Below are positions 1-12,665 of a stretch of 56,114 nucleotides of DNA, in pieces (the first letter of the stretch is position 1; each line of letters begins with the position of its first letter). The DNA is from Octopus bimaculoides. Lineage: Eukaryota. The stretch covers positions 24,247,848-24,303,961 of the forward strand of contig NC_068982.1 of the NCBI RefSeq assembly GCF_001194135.2, in the 5' to 3' direction. The translations under genes were made by a program, and so were the position numbers. The notes beneath the pieces were generated by a model. The model worked only from the letters and a program-made list of their open reading frames with translations, did no database searches and was not told the origin of the DNA.

Positions 1-1255
1 ACTCTCCTGCTGTAAATCTCATCCTCATGTTGTCGTAGCAGGACATGAGTATTCGTTGAACATCTTTTGGAATCCAAAAGAAGTCCATCGCTGCTCTGAT
101 TACCGCGTGTGGAACAGATCCATATGCATTGGCAAGATCTAGCCAAACAACGTGCAGGTTTTTCTTCAGTTGTTTTGCACAGGTGATAGCTTCCCAGATG
201 GCAAATGCGTGTTCTATGCACCCAGGGATTCCGGGGATTCCTGCTTTTTGGATTGCTTCATTAACGTACCCGTTATGCTGTACGAATCTTATGATTCGTC
301 TAGCAATGATTCCAAACATGATTCTCCCGTCAGTATTTAATAATGAAGTTGGTCTAAACTGTCCTAGTGTTTTTGCATCTTTCTCTTTAGGTAAATAGAT
401 ACCTTCAGCTATACACCATCGCTCCGCTACGTCTTTCTTCTTCCACATTTCTCTTATCAATGCAAATAACTGTAAACGCAATTTTGGGCAATACTTGTAA
501 ACCTTGTAGCTCACACCGTCGTTCCCTGGTGAACATTTTGCTCTTGCTTTTCTTATGAATTCCTCTATTTCTTTCCGTTTGATGTCGCTCAAATCGAAAA
601 GTACCCTTGGTTCAGGTGGTTTCTTCAGTCCGAGCATTTCTGGGAGTACTTTATTTCTGTCAGAGTCGCTGTATGTCTCTTTAAGATGTGGTTCGAGCTT
701 TTCATTCGTGCAATCCAATTTTCCGCTTTTACTTTCAGTAAATAAATGTTTCGCATATTGATAGGGATTGTTCAAAAAGCTACGATAGTTCTTTTCTCTC
801 TCCTTTCTTCTGTTCTTCCTTCTTTCTTTTCTCAGTAGTTCTCGATGCCTCTTTTTTATCTCTTCATATAGCTGCTTTAACCCTTCTCTTTCCTCCTCCT
901 TTGCATCCCTTCATCTGGTTCTGAGTTTTTTCTTCTCTTCTCGAATCTTTGCAATCCGTCTTTCTCTCTTCGATGGTCCACTCTTTGCCGGTGATTCTAC
1001 CTTCCATGTTGTTTCCAGTCCAAATATTTTCTCTCCTTCCTGGTAGATTGTATAAGCCAGGTTCTCGAGCTTTTGTTCGTCGTCGCCTTTGAATTTGGTG
1101 GTCATTCTTGATACCTCGTTGTCGATGTTTTTATAATTTTCTGCGTCACTTGCTTTCGGCCACTTAATCTTTGTCTTCTTCACGCCTATCACTGTTTGTG
1201 ACTGTTCTAATTCAACTGTGGAATGTCCCATACAAGAAACAACAGGATTAGGCAA
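1..1255 (-). mobile_element. HERO-type (R2 superfamily) non-LTR retrotransposon ORF, N-terminal region plus RT domains; apparently 5'-truncated, one premature stop, continues beyond window start
   Basis: Manual translation gives one frame from 1255 to 2 with a single TGA (911-913): KIKWPKASD...LRTR*RDAKEEEREGLKQL...FLNNPYQYAKHLF...SPGNDGVSYKVYKYCPKL...WCIAEGIYLPKEKDAKTLGQFRPTSLLNTDG...QKAGIPGIPGCIEH...VVWLDLANAYGSVPH. These are RT motifs of RLE-type LINEs, closest to HERO by recall. Confidence 0.9.
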
Positions 1256-1850
1256 TGTACAACATCATATATCAAACACTTACTATGCAGCAAAAACCAA
1301 TGCATATCACATGCAGAGGCAGATACATTTGTGCACGTTAATGCAGTGAGAGCACGCAATAATAGTAATAATGCTAAAATAAGTGTGATAGTTTCTAACT
1401 TTATCTGATATATGAAATACTGGTGAGAACGATTGACGTTAGAACTTAAATACTTTGTTTCATTGAGCTCATTATGAAGGAAAGCAAAGGCAGCTTTCAC
1501 GGGATTTAAATTAAGAGCGTAAATTCAGGAAATAAATCATAGTAAAATCATTTCCCGATGCTCACTCCCATTAAATTCAATCAATAACAGCAGCATTAAT
1601 AATAATGATAAAAACATAATATTTTTTTCTTTCTATCAGTAATGCAACAGAAGAACAACATAAGGCTTGTACATCTATCTAGGAATACGATAAATATGAA
1701 ATGGAAAATAATATACAGATACAATATCGAAATTAGTGATGTTTTTTTCGGATATTAGCATGGAACTAAATAGCAATTTGTATTTAGTGTGGACGAAAAA
1801 TGTAACTATTAAAAGTGAAACAAATATGTACAAGTATGTGTTTGTGCATG

Positions 1851-1921
<71 letters not shown>
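1851..1921 (+). repeat. (TATC)n microsatellite
   Basis: Perfect tetranucleotide run. Confidence 0.98.
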
Positions 1922-2608
1922 ACACACACACTCGCACACTCTCACAGACAGCCACATATATAAATATTCCATTAACAACATTTCGAATGAAAATGTGAAA
2001 ATGAAGTTACGCACAAGAGGTTAAAGTAACTTACCCTCTCTGCCTGTTTGTGTCTATGTGTGTAGGGGGTATGTGTATAAATAATATACACACAATATAT
2101 ATACATAAATACATGTACACACATACAAATACACCCACCCACACCCATACCCACATCCCTTCACACATATATTTATATAGGTATATATGTATGTATCTGT
2201 CTGTCTGGGAATGTGTGTATATTCCTTTCGGTTTTTAATAATTTAGAAATACATACGCATGCACACACACATACGCGAGCGAACATAGACTATCAGGTAC
2301 ACATACACACACATCAATAAAGACATACATATATTCATACACACACACACACACACATATTATATATATATGTATATATATATATATATATAATACCTAT
2401 TAAATCTAGTATTCTGAAAAATATAATGGAAAATAAATTAAATGAGGGAAATGCATTGGACTATACAGAGGGGAAAGTAAGTTTGAAAAGACTTCAATAT
2501 ATTGAAAATGCTATTGACTATTAGTTAATTAATTTTGATACAAATATTATTTTCGAGAGTTACTCAGACGTACACAGCCGCAGACAAGCAAAGAGACACA
2601 TATGCTTT

Positions 2609-2710
2609 CATATAATATAATATAATATAATATAATATAATATAGTATAGTATAATATAATACAATACAATATAATATAATGTAATACTGTATAATATAA
2701 TACGATACAA
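2609..2710 (+). repeat. (TATAA)n pentanucleotide microsatellite with TATAG/TACAA variants
   Basis: Seen directly. Confidence 0.95.
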
Positions 2711-3200
2711 AATTATAAGCAAGAAGAAAATAAGGTAATATAATATAATTTGCTTCATATATACAAATAAATAATGAGGTATACAGATGCGCATTCCACG
2801 CGTTCAGAAGCACTTATGTATTCATTCACACACACACACACACACAAGCAATATATAATTTATTTTTATATTCTACTATACAAATGTGTTATATTTTTCT
2901 TCTAATGTTATTTAGGTATGGATGGGAACATACTAACCAAATTTCACTGCATTTTAAAATATGAAAAAATAAGTATATATGTGGATCGGAAACAAAAAAA
3001 CATGGTTTCAACAAATGTAAAGTCACTAAATTTATTAGTAAATTTTACAAACAAATGAACACGACTGTATATCTTATTTAAATAACATACGACGGAGTTA
3101 TATATTTTGTTAATTTAATTGTAATTAAGGACACGAATATTTACAAATGGCCATGCGGACATACTCGAGCATGTTTATGTGAAACCCCATATAAGTATAC

Positions 3201-3668
3201 ATTTATTCTTTTTACGTACTCTTTTAGACTTTTACTTGTTTCAGTCATTTGACTGTGGCCATGCTCGAGCACCGCCTTTCAGTCGAGCTAATCGACCCCA
3301 GGACTTATTCTTTGTAAGCCTAGTACTTATTCTATCGGTCCCTTTGGCCGAACCGTTAAGTTACGGGGACGTAAACACACCAGCATCGGTTGTCAAGTGA
3401 TGTTGTGGGGACAAACACAGACACACAAACATATATACACACATGTGCATATATATATATATATATATATANNNNNNNNNNNNNNNNNNNNNNNNNNATA
3501 TATACAACGGACTTCTTTCAGTTTCCGTCTACCAAATCCACTCACAAGGCTTTGGTCGGCTCGAGGGTGTTGTAGAAGACACTTGCCCATGGTGCCACGC
3601 AGTGGGATTGAACCCAGAACTATGTGGTTGATAAGCAAGCTACTTACGACACAGCTACTCATACGCCT
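3201..3668 (-). mobile_element. tRNA-derived SINE, family 1, full length with internal (TA)/(TG) microsatellite
   Basis: Minus strand: AGGCGTATGAGTAGCTGTGTCG (A-box-like), GGGTTCAATCCC (B box), GGCACCATGGGCAAGTGTCTT, body, microsatellite and gap, 3' part ...CTGGGGTCGATTAGCTCGACT..., A-rich tail. Related copies at 3910, 6210, 18908. Confidence 0.9.
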
Positions 3669-3716
3669 ACATAATATATAAATATATAATATGTATATAT
3701 ATATATATATATATAA

Positions 3717-3900
3717 ATGGGAGAATATACAAATAATAACAACAGACGAGGACAGGTGGTGTAAATAACAAAAGTATATATTAGTATGACGCTCGGGAAT
3801 ACGGAAAGTCTTTGACGTTTCGAGCTACGCTCTTCAACAGAAAGAATACGGAGACAACGAGAGAAACACGGAGAAAAAAAATTGAATAGTGTTCAGTCAT
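3717..3900 (-). mobile_element. Penelope-like terminal repeat (pLTR) fragment with a minimal hammerhead-like motif
   Basis: Minus strand TCTTT-CTGTTGA-A-GAGC-GTA-GCTC-GAA-ACGT-C-AAAGA at 3845-3809, the layout typical of PLE termini; flanked by (TA)n. Confidence 0.6.
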
Positions 3901-3909
3901 ATATATAAA

Positions 3910-4070
3910 TGACGAGCTTTCAGTTTCCGTCTACTAAATCCACCAAGAAGGCTTTGGTCAGCCAGAGGCTATATTAGAAGACACCTGCCCAAGGTACCAC
4001 GTAGTGGGACTGAACCCGGAACCATATGTTAGGGAAGGAAGCTCATTACGACACAGCCCTGCCTGCGCCT
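3910..4070 (-). mobile_element. SINE family 1, 5' half ending at the (TA)n tract
   Basis: Aligns by eye to 3497-3668 and, as reverse complement, to 6210-6375. Confidence 0.88.
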
Positions 4071-4929
4071 AAATACATATAAATTAAATAATTTGCATAT
4101 ATGTATATATATATAATATATATGCATAATACTTATGCATATTATGTATAAAAATATATGTATATATATATATGTATGAGTATGTGTGCGTGTGTGTGCA
4201 TGTATATATATGTGTGTGTGTGTGTGACTGAGTGCGCGCGCTTGTGTTTGTGAGGGTGTGTGCATATGTGTGGGCACGTCTGTGCTTGTCTGTACGTGTG
4301 TGTGTGTTATATTTGGATAAGAACCTATGGCACTTGATTTTTTAGTATGACACACAATACGTTAGATTTACATCTGGTACCTGATTGCATTCACTATAAC
4401 CACACATACATACAAGTGTATCTCTTTGTATGACTGTGTGGGTGTGCTGTGGTCATATGTTTTTCGAATTTTTTCTTTGCTATGAAATTCTAGTGAATGT
4501 GACCGAAAATCACTGCTAATTGACGCTATTCATCAATGATGAATGTGATAAATATGATTTGGTGAATAAATGAATATGCCGTGGGTGTATTTCGAAAATG
4601 GTGGATAACCCTTAATAAAAAGCAATCTTATCAAAAGAGCTTTTTAAATCTGGCTCTAGCTTACGAAGGATATATGTTGCGTCCTTCATCATGAATCGCT
4701 CAAATTCAAATATATTTATGCCGATGTTTATACGTATACACTCCTATCATCTAGCTATCGAACACAGCAATCTATCATGTTCTCTCAATATTCCGCAACA
4801 TGAAAATTCCATATCTTAAAATATTATAATGTTGCGATTATGTGTAATTAAATAATATACCAATTATTGGTAATATTTCTACTTACGTTTGGTGATGTTA
4901 TAAATGAATAAAGTGGTGCAGCAATACTT

Positions 4930-5010
4930 CAGTACTTTCTATTATCGAGATCGAGAAACTCAAATGTCGCCTCAACCGATTTGATCTCAAAATGTAAATC
5001 TTCGGAAGGT
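4930..5010 (-). mobile_element. Degenerate SINE family 2 fragment
   Basis: agtactttctattatcgag...aaatgtcgcctcaaccgatttgatctcaaaatgtaaa resembles ggtacttattt.atcgac...aaagtcgacctcggcggaatttgaactcagaacgtaa. Confidence 0.5.
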
Positions 5011-5204
5011 TGCCTAGTGCATACTTGAAAATTGAAGATTGATGATGTCTTTCCATCATGGTGGTTCAAATTTTTAATTTGAATTTTTTATGCATCACTT
5101 TTGATTTTGAACTCGACAGGGACAGACAGGCTTTCGAAATGTAGTTCAACGAATAAAATATCTATTGCAATCGCAAAGCGCTCTTCGTATTTTCTACTAC
5201 TACT

Positions 5205-5398
<194 letters not shown>

Positions 5399-5399
5399 T

Positions 5400-5890
5400 A
5401 GAAGAAACTATTAAACAGCTTGAAAGATTTATACATACTGTTCACATATTCTCAAATTTGGGATCTAAACGTGTGCTATTTTGGAATGAAACGAGGATGA
5501 TTCGAAGGAAACCAAGGAATTGAAATGCCAAATTGGTGCACAATGAAAGTGGTTCAGAAAGGACAGTAATAAAAGTAGCTGGGGATAAAGGAAGCAGATG
5601 AAATGAAACGTGAGAAAATGAAATAAATTACCAGTAGAGAGTACACAAGGAGAATTCTTAAGGCACTGGGAGTCTTGACAACGAGATTTGAGAAATTTGT
5701 TGGAGAATTTGGGATTGACATGAGTGTATAACATACTCAGGGAACTGCCCTATTGGGCCTAATGAAAACTTTGAGTTGGGTACTTGGATGCTAATTATAC
5801 TGGAAATAGAACTTAGGAGATCCTGGACAACAGATGCTGTCCGCAATTACACAATTAAATAAACTGTGAGGAAGAAGACGGTGCTCATAA
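5400..5890 (+). mobile_element. R4/Dong-type LINE fragment, internally deleted (post-RT region joined to C-terminus and 3' end)
   Basis: Frameshifted remnants IKQLERFIHTVHIFS, LGIKEADEMKREKM, ALGVLTTRFEKFVGEFGID...QGTALLG; ends in cataataataac. Confidence 0.75.
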
Positions 5891-6209
5891 TAATAACGAT
5901 ATCAATAATATGGCTATTATGATAAGCCTAAATTATTAAATACCAATAGCTTGAATAAAAATTATTAAATAATACGTTTATGATAACATAGCAATACATG
6001 AATATTTAGTAAGATATGTTGATGAAAATAAAATCCGTGGTGTACAAAATGTTATAATAACTGTGATAAAATCCAGCATACGTAAGTTTAATTTAGAACA
6101 AAGGATAATAATGGTTGGTATATGATAACTGGTGCGGAGATGTGCTGAGTTAATGAAGTTAAATTATGCAAGGATAATAACGAGTATATATAATTATAAA
6201 ATATTTGCT

Positions 6210-6908
6210 AGACGTAGGAGTGGCTGAGTGGTATGTAGCTTGCTTACCAACCACATAGTTCCGGGTTCATTCCCACTGCGTGGCACCTTGGGCAAGTGTC
6301 TTGTATTATAGCCTCGGGCCGACCAAAGCCTTATGAGTGGATTTGGTAGACAGAAACTGAAAGAGGCCTGTCGTATATATGAATATATATATATATANNN
6401 NNNNNNNNNNNNNNNNNNNNNNNNNNNNNNNNNNNNNNNNNNNNNNNNNNNNNNNNNNNNNNNNNNNNNNNNNNNNNNNNNNNNNNNNNNNNNNNNNNNN
6501 NNNNNNNNNNNNNNNNNNNNNNNNNNNNNNNNNNNNNNNNNNNNNNNNNNNNNNNNNNNNNNNNNNNNNNNNNNNNNNNNNNNNNNNNNNNNNNNNNNNN
6601 NNNNNNNNNNNNNNNNNNNNNNNNNNNNNNNNNNNNNNNNNNNNNNNNNNNNNNNNNNNNNNNNNNNNNNNNNNNNNNNNNNNNNNNNNNNNNNNNNNNN
6701 NNNNNNNNNNNNNNNNNNNNNNNNNNNNNNNNNNNNNNNNNNNNNNNNNNNNNNNNNNNNNNNNNNNNNNNNNNNNNNNNNNNNNNNNNNNNNNNNNNNN
6801 NNNNNNNNNNNNNNNNNNNNNNNNNNNNNNNNNNNNNNNNNNNNNNNNNNNNNNNNNNNNNNNNNNNNNNNNNNNNNNNNNNNNNNNNNNNNNNNNNNNN
6901 NNNNNNNN

Positions 6909-6940
<32 letters not shown>

Positions 6941-7098
6941 TGTGTGTGTATATGTGCGTGTGTGTGTGCGCGTGTGTGTGTGTATTTATTTATGTGTGTG
7001 TATATGTCTGTGTGTCTGTTCTGGTCCCCCCCCAACATCGCTTGACAACCGATGGTGGTGCGTTTACGGCCCCGTAACATAGCTGTTCGGCAAGAAGA
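6210..7098 (+). mobile_element. SINE family 1 spanning an assembly gap in its internal microsatellite
   Basis: GACGTAGGAGTGGCTGAGTGG...GGGTTCATTCCC...CTTGGGCAAGTGTC before the gap; CCCCCCCAACATCGCTTGACAACCGATG after it. Confidence 0.92.
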
Positions 7099-10034
7099 GC
7101 TAACGTAATCTAGCATACAATGTAGCTTGGATAAAACGTTTAAAACTTAAACGAGAGAAGGGTAATGATGACGTAAACACACGCACTCTCAAACGCACGC
7201 ACACACACATATACACACGCACACACATACATCTACGCGCGTGCGCACAAACGCGCACTTATATATATAATACCGTATATACATGGGCATGCATGTCTGC
7301 TTCTATAAGGATATATACGTACATATTCATTCAAGATTTAAAGAAATAGAGTGGGGTTTATAATATGTGCAATGAAATATGCTAAATATGGAAATGACCA
7401 TTGATCAATTGATACATATAAACATACAAAATGCTTTACGTTTAATACTACTAAAAGCTTGTTTAGATTGGTTTGGTCAATATAAGCTTTATGCTTTATA
7501 CGAAAACCTAAATAATATTAAAGTACACTTGAAATTATAACCATACAAAATGATAAGAAGTGATAATCATAGAAATTAGAAGAACACGTCATTACTATGC
7601 TTCATAAACACTATCTTCTTTGAGTGTAAGGCATTTTAACTCTTCAGATATATACAGTCTCTTCGCTTCACCTAAACATTAAGAGTTAACAAACTTTGTG
7701 TATTTCTTTATGTCATGTCTAATGTGTGTCCTACACGCCACAATCATTTTAGTTTCAACACATCAAAACATTTGACATATAAGTATGTCATCTTAAATCT
7801 ATTCGTCTTGCTGAGAGAATTACCCGCTAATTTTGTATAGAGTGTTTCTAAGGATAAGAAGTTACAGAGTGTCTACAATATTTTGTTAATTCCAGTTTTA
7901 ATAAAATATTCCAGACGCAATGGTGTAAGAACTAATAAGGCATGTGGGATTATTTTATCGACTATAATCCAGATCATTCGCACACACATTCACAAACGCA
8001 TGCACGTACACAGATTCAAACGCACATTTATTCTGCCAAGCGATAGATGATGGGTTCTTTTAATGTCAGAAATCAATAAACTTGAAGTCTGTTGTATAGA
8101 GATCAATCGCTCATAAACGTATACTTACCCCCATAAATCCACACACACGTAAACTTTAAAAAAAGTATAAACATTAAGTCATATAATTACCTAAGCTTTA
8201 ATAGTCTGACTAGACTGAAAATAAGCGGCGTTAATAAAGCAGATATTTTCTTGAGTAATTATCACACATTTTTATGAGGAATTAACATAGCGTAGATTTT
8301 CTCGGAAACAAGATATATGATATGTTGTTACAATTCTTTTTACAGATAAATCAATTGTCTTAACGTTCCTCTGCGCCAATTACATTGTAATTTCTTCCTA
8401 ATGTGTTTTTGGAAACGAATTCTTTTATTCGGCAAATCCAAATCTAATTATGTGATGTAAATGTAGTCAATGAAATTGATTTCAAAGTAATACAGATATT
8501 CCTAAAATAACCTAAGGCTTATATATATATGTGGAGGGTGGGTTGTGTGCGTGCGTGAGTGTGTGTGTGTGTGTGTATATGTGCGTGTGTGTGTGTGTGT
8601 ATTTATGTGTGTATGTGTTTGTGTGTGTGTGTTTAAATGTTAAATTAGGCACAGTTGAATCCTAGGTGCTGCTGTGTTATAGATAATTTATAGCGTAAGT
8701 GATGTTTAAATCAAGCGTAATAAAACGGGGAAGGAGACAATGTACTACGGTGAGTTATCTAATATTTTATAATCTACTCATTATAAGGGAGAGGTAATGA
8801 TAACCGATTAACTTTCAAATGATTTATCATAATGCAATAAAGAAAAAACTGGATTAGTTATAATGTTTTACTTCAAAATTTTAAAATGTCAGGCAATTAT
8901 ATACGAGCAATTTGCTAAATGAAGATACACTGCGTATTACGTAAATTCATTATATGTATTGATGCAATTAGTTGTGAGATATAGACAAAATAATATTAAT
9001 TTTATGTAAGTTCATGAAAGAAAGACACCACATAAAACAGAAAGAAATAATCATCTTAGAAAGGAGACATGTTGATTCTAATATGGCATGCCTCAATGCG
9101 AATATAAAAGTTTTGACTCTGCTCAGTTGCATAATTGAAAATTTATAAGTTAAAGGTATAGGAAAATGTCCTGCATTAATGTATAGTAAATTTCTGTATT
9201 CTTATGTATAACGCTCAAGTCCAGCATAGAATTTAAGATACATTTAGAGTAACATTTTTTTGGAATCTGCATTTTGCGTGATGATTCAAAACATGTAATA
9301 TGAGTACTTGTAGTTTTAAATAATTTAAGTTTTTCTAACAATTTAGAGAAGAGACAAGTGTCCAACTTTTTTTTTTCTTAATGTATTCGATAAGATTATT
9401 TTTGTTATGAATCAATGTAGATGCAGATTACAAGTTGAATGTTTAATCGAGCAGGGATTGCATTACATTACGTGACGTTTATTACTAATTACATGAAGGC
9501 ACGTGGACATGAACAATTATTAGAGTGCGATGTTTCTCAGGTGTTCTGTTTTCATATGCTGCCAAGCGTAACTTAGCTATTTCACCTTTCGAAACCGATA
9601 AGGTCAGGCCCCAGTTATGTTCCAGCGTTGATGTATGTGAGTATTCTAATATTTTTTCAGTGTTGCCGACATTTTAACTGAATGAGAAGCAAAACAGATT
9701 TTAATTGCAGTAACCAGTGATTGAATCATTAGCATTTTCCTTTCGATAAATCTACATTGCGTCAATGAGCAATGCATCAAACTATTTGACAGCCAGCCTC
9801 GCATATATATTTCTGAGTATTGCTGAATAATTGTCATATAGACATTAAAATTTTAACTGAGTGTAAAACAAGTAGATTATGTGTAAACGTAAAGTACAGC
9901 GCATAAATATGTATGAACGAGCTCGGTGCAATCGACTAACCCATTAAAGTGATATTCTTATGAAGGAATTAGAAACAATCATATAAAATTTCTGTTGAAT
10001 TCCATAAAAGAAAATTATAAAATAACTGTCTAAA

Positions 10035-10240
10035 TTTTGGGAAAGGGTAACAAATTTTCAAAGAAGGGAACAATCGAATATATCGACACCAATGTTCAAC
10101 CGGTCCTAATTATATGGACCTTGAAAGAATACAAAGCAGGGTCGAAATCTGTAGCATTTAAACATAAAAGACAAAGCCAGTAGAAATGCCACAAAACATC
10201 TTCTGTCCGGTGCGTAACGATATTGTCAGCGTACGGCCCT
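10035..10240 (-). mobile_element. Degenerate SINE family 2
   Basis: aatcgaatatatcgacacc...gaaagaatacaaagcagggtcg...; matches the family 2 layout. Confidence 0.6.
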
Positions 10241-10774
10241 CTGCGGTCATTAAATTTTAGTCATTATCATATACGCAATAATTGTCGATACACTATATTG
10301 TTATTGCAAACATAGAATTATAGTAATGTATCTCTGAGTCGATAGATTACGTTTCTCCTGTTAAATTCAAAATTAGTTGAGTCACTGAAAATGTGAAAAC
10401 AAAATATCAAGGTGTTCTAGGACGTTTATTTCCTGAATTTTTACTCTTCATCACGAATGCTGGTTTGCTTTCATTTGTTCTACTTAATGTCAAAACAAAA
10501 TGGGCGAATAATAATATGCATCGAGTCCACAATATTTGTAATTATATCTTTTAAACTATATCACTAAATAACAAATCCAGGGGAATTTATGATATTTAGT
10601 ATTGTTAAAGTATCGGCTCCTCACATATTTTTCGATCTTTTATAATTATGACCAAATACAAAACATGATTAATATCTTATTAAGCAAAATTCTGTATTTT
10701 ATGTATCTATGTAGATATTTCTAATACTTATTTGAATAGCATTTATTGCCAGCACCGAAGGAAGTAGTATGTCC

Positions 10775-10935
10775 AGTGCATCGACCTCACTACTAAACTG
10801 GTACTTAGTTTATCCATGCCGAAAACTTGAAAGGCAAAGACAACTTCGGCGGAACTTGAACCCAGAACGCAAAGACGGACAAAAAGCCGGTAAGCATTTT
10901 ATTTAGCATGCTAACGGTACTGACAGCTCACAACG
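10775..10935 (-). mobile_element. Degenerate SINE family 2
   Basis: actggtacttagtttatc...gaaaggcaaagacaacttcggcggaacttgaacccagaacg...catgctaacg. Confidence 0.8.
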
Positions 10936-11129
10936 CTTTACAGGCAGCTAAATTTAGCTCTGCATGAATGAAGAATTGCAGAAAAGTTATCGTAGAAGCT
11001 ACAGAATTGATATTCTTGACCTTCATCAGAAAAAAGAAAATGTTGACCTCGACTAAAAGGGTAACTGTGAGTCATGAAATGCAGTGTCATTTACAGTGTG
11101 TATGTGTGTATGTGTGTATGTGTGTATGC

Positions 11130-11172
<43 letters not shown>

Positions 11173-12184
11173 CATAATATATATAGTAAATACGCGAGTA
11201 TACGAGTATACGAGACAAACGAAAGAAGGGCGCCCAACACACACAGACACACACATAATAAAAAAAGCCAATCTGAAACTGTTCTCCTACAGAGGTGTCA
11301 ACGACAAAACGCCTAACTTTACCTCAAAGCTTCTACAGAAGAAATTAACAAATATGAGCCTTAGTAAACTGTTCGTAAAATTACAAAATGAACAGAATGC
11401 AATTGTTGCTATTTGTTGCAAATTCCCTAGAATTAAATTTACCGGACGCTACTACTCAGAATGGCTAAAGAAAATTTGCTCGTGTAAATATTTGTTTATT
11501 TTCATTAATGCTAACTAATTCCTAAACAAATGTTTGAAATCGGAATTTCCTGAAATTTGAACAACAGAGAAAACATATCCTCTGTAGAAGTAAAAAAAAA
11601 AAAAAAAAAATCAGAACGTTGATTCTTCGCGTAGAGAAATTATTAATTTTAAAACGTGTTGAGAATCGACATAATTATGGCTTTGAAACTTTGACATCAT
11701 ACAACGTATTTCATTTTAGTCTTCTGAGGTTTGCCAGCTCGCCGCATTGATTAGTGTGAAAATCTCTGATTTGTTACAGATAAGAACAGTAAGTAGTTTG
11801 ACTAGGTTAAGAATTTGATACATTTTCTTCGTGTTGCAGCTTTTATTTTCTGGTGATATATTTCATAGTGTCAAAGAAACAATTCTGGTTCACTCTGCTG
11901 AAATGGCTTAACCTTTACAAGAGGGTGAACGATCTGCGAAGGAAATATATTAGTAAATTGTGAGGAGGTATGCCTTAGTTTGTTGAACAAACCAGACATT
12001 TCTTATATATTTTGTATGATGTATGACTTTCGTGCACCAAATCGCTGATAGAAGATAAGCTAGCAACTGATAAGTATCTTTATTCACACAAGCAATATGA
12101 TCTTTTATTTATACATAAGTCTATAAATACTTACGTGAAAAACATCTAAAACACACTTAAAACTTACCAAACACTACACAAACG

Positions 12185-12192
12185 CCTATCAG

Positions 12193-12260
<68 letters not shown>

Positions 12261-12270
12261 ACGCACACAC
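12185..12270 (+). repeat. (TATC)n-(CA)n compound microsatellite
   Basis: Seen directly. Confidence 0.95.
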
Positions 12271-12589
12271 CTCTAAACACTCGCACACCTACGCACATAT
12301 CTATGAGTGTATGTTTTTGTATAATTGTACTTTATGTTTCTATGTGTATTTGTGATTTGAAAGTGTAAAGGAGGTGAATTAAATTCCATATAAATTAAAG
12401 CATAGATTTGGAAATGTAGATTAACAGGTTTAGAAAACATCAATGTAAAGCTGACAGGAATATTGGCATTTACAAACTTTTCATATCGCAATATATGCTT
12501 CATATTTTTGAAACTATATTGTCGAATTTTAGCATAAAAAGGAAGAGAATGTTGATAATTAAAAAAAAAAATTAATAGTAACTAAATAA

Positions 12590-12590
12590 G

Positions 12591-12636
<46 letters not shown>

Positions 12637-12665
12637 ATACTACTACTACTACCACACCTACTACT
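12590..12665 (+). repeat. (CTA)n microsatellite directly 5' of an R4/Dong fragment
   Basis: Seen directly. Confidence 0.95.

Noticed and set aside
1207-1500. Hydrophobic 97-aa minus-strand ORF
   Set aside because: AT-rich low-complexity translation with no recognisable homology; it overlaps the HERO 5' junction.
6331-7116. Long ORFs containing X runs (also near 16000, 19000, 32500, 38200, 40000, 41300, 42300, 44000, 54400)
   Set aside because: They span assembly gaps and dinucleotide repeats.
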